Source: Candidatus Woesearchaeota archaeon
GTDB taxonomy: Archaea > Nanobdellota > Nanobdellia > Woesearchaeales > JAGVZT01
DNA length: 63,332 bases
NCBI GenBank assembly: GCA_043812815.1
Contig: JBDRLT010000026.1
Location: forward strand, 1-63,332
Direction of reading: 5' to 3'
Of the stretch, positions 20,704 through 30,080 are shown one piece after another (within the stretch, counting starts at the first letter, position 1; each line of letters begins with the position of its first letter). The notes beneath the pieces are model-generated. The model worked only from the letters and a program-made list of their open reading frames with translations, had not been told where the DNA came from and searched no databases. A program made the position numbers and the translations under genes.

Positions 20704-21285
20704 TCATTTAGTAGCAATTATTCCAGAAATGAATTCTTCAACTTTCTCCCTCAACTTCTCCACATTGTCCTCATTAATAATGGTATAATCAGCCATAGCT
20801 ATCGGTCCGGTCTTATGCGAATTCACAATCTCAGCATAGTCTCTTGACTTCGCTTCCTCCAAAGAATAAGCCCTATAAATTGCTTTTTTATCCTTCTTAG
20901 GGTCATACTTCCTATTAGCCAACCTATTGTATCTAATAGCTGGTTTTGCATAAATGGCTAGCACCACCAACTCATCTCCGAACTTTTCCTTAAGCAGAGT
21001 ATACTCCTCCCAACTGTATAACCCATCAGCAACAACATTTGCCTTGGTTATCAGCTGCTCAAATTTGGGAATAAGAAATTTTGCCATAACAGCCATGCCA
21101 TGCTGCTTGCGCATGTCTTCTCTTACAAACCGCTCATTCTTCTCATTAACCTCTAAACAGCGCCTCTTAACCTCATCCAAAACAGCCTGCCCAAACCTCA
21201 AATACTCAAAACCCTGCTCAACAAAGACTTTTGCTGCCTCGGTCTTGCCACTCCCTGTCATCCCAACAATTGCCACAATCTTCAT
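20704..21285 (-). CDS. UPF0200 nucleotide kinase (dephospho-CoA kinase-like P-loop kinase)
   Basis: IVGMTGSGKT, DGLYSWEE, SRDYAEI and PIAMADYTIIN motifs. Confidence 0.85.
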   Translation of the reverse strand: MKIVAIVGMTGSGKTEAAKVFVEQGFEYLRFGQAVLDEVKRRCLEVNEKNERFVREDMRKQHGMAVMAKFLIPKFEQLITKANVVADGLYSWEEYTLLKEKFGDELVVLAIYAKPAIRYNRLANRKYDPKKDKKAIYRAYSLEEAKSRDYAEIVNSHKTGPIAMADYTIINEDNVEKLREKVEEFISGIIATK

Positions 21286-21419
21286 TTACTTAGCTCCAAA
21301 TGACAATACTTAAATAATTTGTGATTACAAAAAACATGTAATCCCAACTACATTATCAACAACAAATAAATATAAAAACCCGAGTCAATCTATAAATTTC
21401 CTGATTCTACGGTGATAAA

Positions 21420-22121
21420 TTGGTTAAAACCATAATTCTGGGATTTGACGGGAACATTGGTGTTGGTAAAAGTACACTGGTTACTGAGGCTGCCGAATGC
21501 TTACCAGCGATGTTAGATTTCCCGGCATATTCGGTTCCAATAATGGAGGAGGTTGAGAGAAGCAAATATTGGAGACCATATTGCAGGTTTATGAATGCAG
21601 AGTGGAAGCATAACGGCAATTTGGAAAACCGCTTTGTAGTGTATCAATTCCAAACATGGGTTCTTTTTGACCAAAGAAAAAGAATCCAAGAAGCTGTCGA
21701 GAGTGCAAGATCAAGTGATGCACTTGAAGACAAAGTTATGCTTTTATTATTAGACAGAAGCCCGCGCGGTCACAGAGCCATGGCCGATAATTTATTGAAG
21801 CTTGGAATTTTTATTCCAGGGATGTGGGCCCCTTACTTACATGAAGCAGGGATGTCAAGTGGCTATTTGCCGCAGGAAACATTTCTGCTTGATGCAACTG
21901 AAGAAGAACTCATTGATAGAATGCATTCTAGGGATAGACAGGGTGAAGCTGGAATCCCTACTGCTTATTTGGCTGGCATAAGAACAGCGCATAACAGCGT
22001 CTTTGAAGCAGATAAGGTTAAGGTACATACTCTTGATTACCATACATTCGCTCCTTTTCAAGGTGTTTTAGCCCAGATTGCCCCAGTGGTCAATTCCATA
22101 GAACCAATAGAACTATTATGA
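21420..22121 (+). CDS. Divergent deoxynucleoside kinase
   Basis: DGNIGVGKST P-loop; FQ, LLDRS, lid RMHSRDRQGE and YL motifs. Confidence 0.8.
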   Translation: MVKTIILGFDGNIGVGKSTLVTEAAECLPAMLDFPAYSVPIMEEVERSKYWRPYCRFMNAEWKHNGNLENRFVVYQFQTWVLFDQRKRIQEAVESARSSDALEDKVMLLLLDRSPRGHRAMADNLLKLGIFIPGMWAPYLHEAGMSSGYLPQETFLLDATEEELIDRMHSRDRQGEAGIPTAYLAGIRTAHNSVFEADKVKVHTLDYHTFAPFQGVLAQIAPVVNSIEPIELL

Positions 22122-23482
22122 AAGATTTCAAAGTAATAAAAATAGGTGAAGATCCTTACTTAAAAAAGGATATTAATAAGATAATCTTCAAAGAACCGCC
22201 ACAAACCCAGCTGTTTACTGCATCTGATGTTATAATGGGAAATCCAAGTTCTAATATTGCGGTTGCCTTTGTTTACACCTGGAAAGATGATGAACCTCCG
22301 CAAAATATCAAAGAGTTCATGCAAAACCTGTCAAATTATGCATATCTTACCGGGCTGTGGAAGACAACCAACGGAGCAAGATATGTTTTCAGCAATCTCC
22401 TGGCAAATCCGAATGTAAATAAACTTTTTCTACTGGTTTTTGGTCAAAAAGACAATGGTCATCTTCTGGTAGATGCCCTCGAAAACTTCTGGAAAAATGG
22501 AACCAATACTGCAGGAATAATTATCGGTTCCAAAGCCCAAAACCCAAAATTCGAGCAGCTTCCAAGAGAAGCGCTTGAAAGAATAAGACAGCAATGTGAT
22601 TTAGTAATTGTAAGAAATATCAGGGAATTTCCAGAAGTTGAGAAGCTAATTCGGCTAAGTGTTGATGAACCCAGTAGAGGAGCTAACCTGGCTGATTTCT
22701 CCCAGAATATTGAGTTCCTTTCATTGTCAATCAAGAACAACTTGCTTTACGATGACGGTGCAAGATTCAATAACCCAATGCTAGTAGATTTGGCAAAATC
22801 AGCAGGCGATGTCAGCTTTGCAAAGAAACATTATTCAGAAACACTTGGCCAAAGTATCCAAGCCAAGAATCTCGATGATGCACTGCACTCAATTGCAGCT
22901 TTTGTATTCTCACATGGCTCACACCTTCCTGATGAAAGGAATATCCACTTGGTAGAGTGCAGAAGTTTTACAATTACCATCATGGACCCATTGGAAAAAA
23001 TCCCAGAAGGGTTTAGTCAGCAATACATAAACGATTACATAGATGAGTTTATGCATGGCTTAAAACACAAAGAAGACCTTGAATATACATACCATGACAG
23101 AATCTTTGTAAAATGGGGCAACCAACCAGAGAGGGTAATCAAGATGCTCACCAGATCTCCGACAGCTAACAGAAGCAGGAGAATGGTAATATCACTATGG
23201 GATCCGGCATCAGATCTGGAAAACCCTTGTGCACCCTGCCTGGATTTTATTTGGGTTGTGGTTAGAGATGGCAAGTTGGAGTTTCATGTGGTCTTCAGGA
23301 GCCAGCATTTGGCGACCATAACAGAAAATGGCAAATTGATGCAGGGAGAGGGTGCCTTTGTCCCAAATATATTTGGGATAGCCACCTTGCAGGAATTTAT
23401 GGCCAGGCAACTAAAACTTGAAAGAGGCCCATTAGTACTGACAGACTTCTCAGGACATCTTTACATGAGTGGGATTAAATGA
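22118..23482 (+). CDS. Fusion of an MtrA-like corrinoid-binding domain and a thymidylate synthase-like domain
   Basis: N-terminal NLLANPNV...NGHLL...NG...IIGSKAQNP...LPREALERIRQQ (MtrA pattern); C-terminal YTYHDR, SRR..ISLWDP, PC, FRSQH, PN and SGHLY (ThyA pattern). Confidence 0.85.
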   Translation: MKDFKVIKIGEDPYLKKDINKIIFKEPPQTQLFTASDVIMGNPSSNIAVAFVYTWKDDEPPQNIKEFMQNLSNYAYLTGLWKTTNGARYVFSNLLANPNVNKLFLLVFGQKDNGHLLVDALENFWKNGTNTAGIIIGSKAQNPKFEQLPREALERIRQQCDLVIVRNIREFPEVEKLIRLSVDEPSRGANLADFSQNIEFLSLSIKNNLLYDDGARFNNPMLVDLAKSAGDVSFAKKHYSETLGQSIQAKNLDDALHSIAAFVFSHGSHLPDERNIHLVECRSFTITIMDPLEKIPEGFSQQYINDYIDEFMHGLKHKEDLEYTYHDRIFVKWGNQPERVIKMLTRSPTANRSRRMVISLWDPASDLENPCAPCLDFIWVVVRDGKLEFHVVFRSQHLATITENGKLMQGEGAFVPNIFGIATLQEFMARQLKLERGPLVLTDFSGHLYMSGIK

Positions 23483-24156
23483 AAGGTAAACTTATTGTTA
23501 TTGATGGTTTGGATGGCTCAGGGAAATATACCCAATTCAAATTATTGTCAAAAAGACTAGAAGAAGAAGGCTACTCTGCATCAACATTTGACTTCCCTCA
23601 ATACGACAAACCATTTGGTGCCATGGTCGGCCGATATCTCAAAGGAGAGTTCGGTGATATAGACCAAGTTGAAATTGAAGTGGCAACAATGCTGTATGCA
23701 CTCGACAGGTACTCTGTTAAACAAGAAATAAAAAAGGAGCTGGTTGATGGTAAAATTGTGGTTCTCAATAGATATACTCCCTCAAATCTGGGATTTCAAG
23801 GAGCTAAGTTCAGAGGTAAGGAGCGCCAGAAATTCCTTAAGTGGATTGACGCTATGGAATCCAGACTACCTCAGCCTGACCTAATAATCTTTCTAGATGT
23901 CCCACGAAAGTTCACCAGACTATTAATGGGAAACAAAGACCTAAGAGAATATCTAGATGGCAAGAAAGAGGATATCCATGAAAAAAATGATCCTTATCAG
24001 CTCGAAGTGGAAGGCTTGTACAGAAAATTATCAGAAGAAAGAAAAAACTGGAGAAGGGTTGATTGTGTCAGCGCTGATAGTCTCCTTAGTATAGATGAAG
24101 TCCACAATAAAGTTTGGGAAGTTGTAGAACAACATTTAAACAACCATGGAGAGTAA
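23479..24156 (+). CDS. tmk: Thymidylate kinase, copy 2
   Basis: IDGLDGSGK, FPQY, LYALDR, NRYTPSN, PDLIIFLDVP and DIHE motifs. Confidence 0.9.
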   Translation: MKGKLIVIDGLDGSGKYTQFKLLSKRLEEEGYSASTFDFPQYDKPFGAMVGRYLKGEFGDIDQVEIEVATMLYALDRYSVKQEIKKELVDGKIVVLNRYTPSNLGFQGAKFRGKERQKFLKWIDAMESRLPQPDLIIFLDVPRKFTRLLMGNKDLREYLDGKKEDIHEKNDPYQLEVEGLYRKLSEERKNWRRVDCVSADSLLSIDEVHNKVWEVVEQHLNNHGE

Positions 24157-24203
24157 GTTAGTGTTGTGAGGGGATGAATTCGTGAAGAATTCCTTACTCT
24201 CCA
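24147..24203. terminator. Stem-loop between convergent genes
   Basis: TGGAGAGTAAG (24147-57) pairs with CTTACTCTCCA (24193-203); inner GAATTC-GTGAA-GAATTC hairpin. Confidence 0.45.
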
Positions 24204-24212
24204 CAGTTGTGA

Positions 24213-25226
24213 TCATGAAACAGCTATAATATACATAGCTGTAGCCCACCCAAGAGGGGAATTCTCATTGTGAGTATTTGTGTCAGCATAGTAAAGCTCA
24301 GGCAACTCAAATTTACCATTCATCGCAGCGTGCGTCCTATCAATGTAAAATCTGTACTTCTCCAGATTACCCATATCCTTGTAGATCTTAGCCAGCCAAG
24401 GAAAACCAAAGCACCACTCAGCTTCCCTTCCATTGCTGTAGTAAGAATCTCCAAAATACCTCACCACACCTTTGTCCCTAACAAGGTTCTTCTCAACATT
24501 CCACAATATCTGAGACTTTTGGCTTTCATTCACAATATTAAATGGAAAAATCAGGCTAAGCAAAGCCAGATCCACATCTCTTGAAGCTGACTCTTTCGGC
24601 AAGAGGACGCTAAGGGCTTTTTCTCCGTATTCGACCATTACTGGTGGTACAAATACAATAGGTGAGATCGCTTTCAGGCCAGCAACACAAGCACCGATGC
24701 TGCTTGCGTGGAGCTCTTCTTCATTCTCCCAAATACCGTTGTCTGGATCCTGCCAGTATTCAATACTCGCCAAGTAGTACACAAGCTTCTGCAAAATCCT
24801 AACATCATCATCATTCCTGAACACTCTTATACCTTGCTTAAACAGATCACCGACCTTAAACAAAAATGCGCCTATAGCATCATTCTGCTTATTACCCCAA
24901 GGCTCCTTAAATTCACTAAGTGACTCAGGATCATATCTAGCATGTATGTACTCAAAATCAAATTGCGGTTTGTTCTTTAGGGCTAGCTCTATCTTCCACT
25001 CATATTTCAGAAAAACATCAAAAAGAGCAGCATAAGTCCTTTTTACAGCTTCAATATCCTTAACCTGTTCAAGGCCTAACGCCTCGTAGATATTATCCCT
25101 AATCCAAGCCACATTGTAACCTGTCCTTACCGTTTTGTTTGAGGCTGCAAATAATCCAGAACGGTACTGAAGCCTCTTTAGCTTGTTTGCACATATCCTT
25201 TTGAAAAGTTTCTTAATCATCATCAT
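24213..25226 (-). CDS. Glycoside hydrolase family 15 (glucoamylase/phosphorylase-kinase-like) protein
   Basis: WIRD, QNDAIG, DNGIWEE-like, HASSIGAC, RYFGDSY, PELY and PLGW motifs. Confidence 0.88.
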   Translation of the reverse strand: MMMIKKLFKRICANKLKRLQYRSGLFAASNKTVRTGYNVAWIRDNIYEALGLEQVKDIEAVKRTYAALFDVFLKYEWKIELALKNKPQFDFEYIHARYDPESLSEFKEPWGNKQNDAIGAFLFKVGDLFKQGIRVFRNDDDVRILQKLVYYLASIEYWQDPDNGIWENEEELHASSIGACVAGLKAISPIVFVPPVMVEYGEKALSVLLPKESASRDVDLALLSLIFPFNIVNESQKSQILWNVEKNLVRDKGVVRYFGDSYYSNGREAEWCFGFPWLAKIYKDMGNLEKYRFYIDRTHAAMNGKFELPELYYADTNTHNENSPLGWATAMYIIAVS

Positions 25227-25375
25227 CCCCCGAGATGTTATTACTTAGTAGTAATCATTGCTAATATAAATAACTTTCGGTGAATTTATTACCAGATAAT
25301 GGTAAACGTCTACAGAATAAGGAGATTCATATACGTATATATAGCTTAATATACAAAAAGCTATACTAGAAATAA

Positions 25376-26542
25376 TTAAAACCTTCTAAATAGCTCCAGA
25401 ATATCTGTTTCCAGCATAAGAAAAGTATCCTTCAGATTGCTGTTAATGGTAATATACTTTTCAATCAGTTCGTGAAGCTCTTGCTCAAAATTGCTGCATG
25501 AAACCATATCTGCTTCGACAATCTCCACATCTTCTGTCATAGTTTCTTCAGCTTCTGGCTCAGTCTCTTCTTCAACTTCCTCGCCTGATTCCTCCATCAT
25601 CTCAACCTGCAAAATAAACACCCTGCCTTTCTCTACAGCAAACTCAACCTCAACAGGCTCGCTAAAATGCTCTTCTATCCTCTTTGTAATCTCTGCAATC
25701 TTAAGAATTTCATCATCCTTTAGAACCTTAATATTCTGCTCTTCTTCCGGAATCATCTTTTTACTCATATCCCCTGTTTTGCTATCAACAATATACACAT
25801 ATTTCTGCGGTTCTACCTTTTTCTCTTTAATTGACAACCCAGCTTTATCGAGAATATAAAAATTTGGTTCGCATTCGTCACACATAAAATAATCTGCCAA
25901 TCCCCAGCATGCCTCTATAGCAATTTCATTACTCTCTCCTGTATCCGGATTGACTGAATATGCAATCCCTGCTTTGTGAGCCTGCACTAACTCCTGTACC
26001 AACACAGCCACTTTGACCTCCGCAATATCAACTCCCTCAGCATTCAAAAATTCAACAGTATCAGCTGAAAACAACCCCTTCCAGCTGCTCTTAATAGCTT
26101 TCAACAATGCCTCAGTACCTTTAACTGGCAACTCTGAATTAGATGCAAACGCCTCATCTCCCACAAATAGCTCAGTTCTTACCACAACCTCTTGCTCTTT
26201 CTGACTTTTCACTAAGTCAAATGCACTCTTGACTGTATGATAATCCATGCCAAATCCAGCATATGCCCTAAATATATCATTTGCCATATCATTTGGCAGC
26301 TGCAGCGAACTAAACAGATCCTGGATCTGCAACGACTTATCCTCATCCTCTAGTGAATCTGCCAAAATCTTTCTCAGTTTCTCCACGTGCATTCCCACAA
26401 AATGGTCAAACGCAACACTCTTAATAACAAAGCCATTGGGAATTGGCGCAATACTGTAAATATCTGCCAGCAAACCAGCTTTCACTCCAACAAAGCCCTT
26501 CTCATTTTCATTGATATCCTTGAGCCAAGCAATATTTGTCAT
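25376..26542 (-). CDS. Stand-alone, degenerate PEP synthase N-terminal (ATP-grasp) domain protein
   Basis: PIPNGFVI, AVLVQELV, AGIAYSVNP, IEACWGL and VEFAVE...FILQ motifs; no His or PEP-binding domain; acidic tail. Confidence 0.8.
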   Translation of the reverse strand: MTNIAWLKDINENEKGFVGVKAGLLADIYSIAPIPNGFVIKSVAFDHFVGMHVEKLRKILADSLEDEDKSLQIQDLFSSLQLPNDMANDIFRAYAGFGMDYHTVKSAFDLVKSQKEQEVVVRTELFVGDEAFASNSELPVKGTEALLKAIKSSWKGLFSADTVEFLNAEGVDIAEVKVAVLVQELVQAHKAGIAYSVNPDTGESNEIAIEACWGLADYFMCDECEPNFYILDKAGLSIKEKKVEPQKYVYIVDSKTGDMSKKMIPEEEQNIKVLKDDEILKIAEITKRIEEHFSEPVEVEFAVEKGRVFILQVEMMEESGEEVEEETEPEAEETMTEDVEIVEADMVSCSNFEQELHELIEKYITINSNLKDTFLMLETDILELFRRF

Positions 26543-26639
26543 ATTCCCACCAATATGCAGACTAGTTATAAAGATTTGTATTTATTTTTAAGTGGTGAGA
26601 AACCAAAACTTTTATATATTTAGATAGGAATTCTGTTTA

Positions 26640-27410
26640 ATGCACATGATACTTAATCGGTTACAAATACTGGATGTTTCTTTGTTGGCTCCAGTCAGTG
26701 GCTTGGAAGATATGGTAATTCTTGTAGGCTGGAGAGATTTGGATAGGCATCCAAATTTAATGACATTAGCCGTGCCCATAGTCAGATTCCCTACTCAAGT
26801 CGTTGCATCAGCAGTAGGGGAATATTTCACAACCACAATTATGTCAGAACCTGTAGTAGATAAGCAAGACTATGTAAAACTATTATACGGCTCTTGGGCT
26901 ATAAGGCTTTCTGCAATTGCAGACTCCACTGGTTTGGAAACACCAATTACACTGCCAGATGGGTTGGAATCAGCGCAGATTATTCCATTAGCTAAACAAC
27001 AAATGACCTGGGAATGGTATTCAAAGCTAGTCAGACAGCACTTCTATGTTTGGGATTCTGCAAAAAATCCAGTAAGATGGTTAATCGGCCAACAGCCGTA
27101 CAATGCTAGAATTCTTGGATATGCCAGTATCAAGGATGGAGTTACAATAAATACCCATGTCTATGCTTTGGAGCTGGGATGCCAATTTGGGATACCTTTA
27201 CAAGTAAATTACGTAGGTGCTCAGGCTTCTGAGGATTATTTCCAAGTAAGAACGGAAGAATATATAGATATTCCATTCTTCAGCAGGTGTCCCTGGCCTG
27301 TGAATTTAGAAGAAAGCCTGGCACAAGAAAGAATAGCAGCTATGTTACCAAGGGATCTACCTCTAAGAATAGAAAGTGCACTAATGCAAAGAGTTATTTC
27401 TTCAGACTAA
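26640..27410 (+). CDS. Orphan hypothetical protein
   Basis: Open frame of 256 aa with its own TATA (TTTATATA at ~26611). Confidence 0.6.
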   Translation: MHMILNRLQILDVSLLAPVSGLEDMVILVGWRDLDRHPNLMTLAVPIVRFPTQVVASAVGEYFTTTIMSEPVVDKQDYVKLLYGSWAIRLSAIADSTGLETPITLPDGLESAQIIPLAKQQMTWEWYSKLVRQHFYVWDSAKNPVRWLIGQQPYNARILGYASIKDGVTINTHVYALELGCQFGIPLQVNYVGAQASEDYFQVRTEEYIDIPFFSRCPWPVNLEESLAQERIAAMLPRDLPLRIESALMQRVISSD

Positions 27411-29982
27411 TCTTTGCCAAAACCATCTGATGCATCCGTCGCAGAAACTCAAGCCGCTCTTCCATCTTCATAATATCAGCATAGCCCTGGGTAATAAGAT
27501 TAAAAGCAAACGGCGAAGGTATCTTTGTATCAATCACAACCACCCTAATAGCCTTGCTGTCAATAGCCTCCAGCACCTTTTTAGCATTGGTGATATCCAT
27601 CAGATCCTCTAGCACCTCTCTTCTGGCTTCCTTTAAAATCGAAAAGTCAGGATTGATTCTCTTAACAGCGCTCATTAGTATCATTGAGCTAACCTGCTGC
27701 CTGCCAACCCTTTTGGCATGCCCCCTGTATATCCTGAGAATCATCAAAGCACGCGCCGCACAATGTCTAAACCTTCTCTTCAGAACCTCTGTTTTCTCAA
27801 TAGCCACCTTCATGATTAGACCAATCTTTTCAGCCTTTACCACATTAACCGCATTCAAAATACTTAATTTCTTTGGCGGACAAATATAGAAGCCATTGTC
27901 ATTAATACCAATCTCCACATCCTTGTGCAAAACCTTTGAAACAGCCAATCCGTAAGCTCTGCTTAAACAATCATTCACTCTTCTCCCATAGAGGCTGTGA
28001 AATACATAGTATATACCCCTCTCATCTTGGTAATGCTCTATCACCAGTTTTTTATCGTGCGGAATCTCAGCATACAAAAACTGCTCTCGGAAATACTCAT
28101 AAATGGATAAAGCCCCATTCTGGTCCACATACAAATAGCTTAGAATAAATTCGATTATTTCCTCCTTCTTCAGTTTGTTGGCAAATTTATCTTCCATTAA
28201 CCTCCTGAACCTACCAATCTCCAGAGCAAGATCAAAACTCAATGGAAGCATCTCAGAAAACCACCTTGGAACAGTCGGAGGCCTAAAGCTGCTCGCTTTC
28301 ACTTGAGCAACCATCCCCCTTGTGAACAGAAACTCGTACGTGTCTCCCCCCAAAACAAAAACATCTCCTCTTTTCAATTTCTCTAAGAATGCCTCATCTA
28401 TTGTGCCAATTAGCTGGTCACCAATCTTCACTGTAACCTTAGTTTCGTCAGGAATAGTGCCAATATTGGTCATATAAAGCACCCGGGCCAACTTACCCCT
28501 CCGTCCTATCATTCCAGTAGCTTCGTCGAACCATATTTTTGCGTAAATATTCCTGTCTTCCAAAGAGGCAAACCTGCCAGCCAAATAATTTATAATCTCA
28601 AGAAAATCTGCTCTCTCAAGGGTATGATAACAATAGCTCTGTTTCACCAAGCCAAAGAGATCATCAATACTAATTTTTTCAGATATCGCAATGCCAAAAA
28701 TCTGCTGGCTCAGCACATCCAAAGCATTTAATGGGATATGGATCTTGTCAATCTTTTTCTCAATGGCACTTTTCAACAGCACAGAACACTCAACAAGGTC
28801 ATCCCTGTCAAGCACAATAATTCTGCCTTTGGTTGTATCATGCAACTGATGGCCACTCCTCCCAATACGCTGCAAAGCTCTGGCCACTGACTTGGGCGAT
28901 CCAAGCAGCAGCACTAAATCAATAAAACCAATATCTATCCCCAGCTCAAGACTTGTTGAACACACAACAACCTTGACTGTTCCATCACGCAGCCTGCTCT
29001 CAATTGAATGCCTGTGCTCTTTGCTTAATGAACCGTGGTGCGCTCCGATATTCAAATTAGTGTAGTGTTTGGGAAACTTCTCTTTCAGATGGTGGACCAC
29101 TCTCTCTGTTGCAGCTCGCGTATTCGTAAAGATTAGTGTAGTCTTATGCTCCTGGATAAGGTTATCCATAAGCACATACATCGCATGATGCATCTGCTCA
29201 TGCCCTGTGTTAATTAAATCATGCACAGGACTCAACACCTTCAAATCCATTTTCTTAATAAATTGCACATCAATTATCTTGCAGGGTCTAACCTCGCCAT
29301 TCTCGTATCCTGTCAAAAATTTCGCCACCTCCAGCAATGGGGCCACAGTTGCGCTGAGCCCAACACGGCATATATGATTGCTAAGCCTCTGCAGCCTCTC
29401 AAGACTCAATGATAGGTGCACCCCCCTCTTGCTATCAGCAAGTGCGTGAATCTCATCCACCACACACCACTCTACACCTGTAAGCAATCCACTAAATCTG
29501 GAACTGCTCAGAATAATCCCCAAGGACTCGGGTGTTGTTATCAAAATATGCGGAGGATTCTTTAACATCTTAGACTTCTCGTATGCAGTGGTATCACCAG
29601 TCCTCACAGCTACTCTAATCCCTAGCTTTTTGCCAGCAAGCGCCTCAATCTCCTTTAACGGCTCTTCAAGATTAACCTCAATATCATAATTTAGCGCTTT
29701 GAGCGGAGAAATATACACACAATATACTTTGTCTTGCAAAATCCCCTTCTCTGCAGTATCCACCAACTCATTTAGAATGGATAAAAAAGCAGTAAGAGTC
29801 TTCGTAGCGCCAGTTGGAGCAGAGATCAGCACATTCTGCCTTGCATGGATCTCTATAACCCCATAAAGCTGAGGAAGGGACAACTCACTGAAACGAGTAA
29901 AAAACCATTTTTTAACCACCGAGTGTAATATTCTCTCAATAGCTTCTGCAGAGTCAGGCACTTCCTTGAACACCACCATCAT
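27394..29982 (-). CDS. lhr: Lhr-family ATP-dependent SF2 helicase
   Basis: APTGATKT, SPLKAL, TTPESL, DEIH, LSAT, HHGSL, LELGID and QRIGRSGH motifs. Confidence 0.95.
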   Translation of the reverse strand: MMVVFKEVPDSAEAIERILHSVVKKWFFTRFSELSLPQLYGVIEIHARQNVLISAPTGATKTLTAFLSILNELVDTAEKGILQDKVYCVYISPLKALNYDIEVNLEEPLKEIEALAGKKLGIRVAVRTGDTTAYEKSKMLKNPPHILITTPESLGIILSSSRFSGLLTGVEWCVVDEIHALADSKRGVHLSLSLERLQRLSNHICRVGLSATVAPLLEVAKFLTGYENGEVRPCKIIDVQFIKKMDLKVLSPVHDLINTGHEQMHHAMYVLMDNLIQEHKTTLIFTNTRAATERVVHHLKEKFPKHYTNLNIGAHHGSLSKEHRHSIESRLRDGTVKVVVCSTSLELGIDIGFIDLVLLLGSPKSVARALQRIGRSGHQLHDTTKGRIIVLDRDDLVECSVLLKSAIEKKIDKIHIPLNALDVLSQQIFGIAISEKISIDDLFGLVKQSYCYHTLERADFLEIINYLAGRFASLEDRNIYAKIWFDEATGMIGRRGKLARVLYMTNIGTIPDETKVTVKIGDQLIGTIDEAFLEKLKRGDVFVLGGDTYEFLFTRGMVAQVKASSFRPPTVPRWFSEMLPLSFDLALEIGRFRRLMEDKFANKLKKEEIIEFILSYLYVDQNGALSIYEYFREQFLYAEIPHDKKLVIEHYQDERGIYYVFHSLYGRRVNDCLSRAYGLAVSKVLHKDVEIGINDNGFYICPPKKLSILNAVNVVKAEKIGLIMKVAIEKTEVLKRRFRHCAARALMILRIYRGHAKRVGRQQVSSMILMSAVKRINPDFSILKEARREVLEDLMDITNAKKVLEAIDSKAIRVVVIDTKIPSPFAFNLITQGYADIMKMEERLEFLRRMHQMVLAKISLKK

Positions 29983-30080
29983 AAAAAATAGCCACTATTT
30001 CTTTAAAAGTTTATGTGTAAGAGTAATGTGGTGGCCAGCATCACCGCAAAGATTTAAGTAGTTGAATTCACCACTCCAAA

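Noticed and set aside
22118-22700. Evidence for methanogenesis (mtrA)
   Set aside because: No membrane anchor and no other mtr/mcr genes in the window; the domain is fused to a ThyA fold
24147-24203. Archaeal SECIS element
   Set aside because: No in-frame TGA in the adjacent genes and no convincing SECIS consensus
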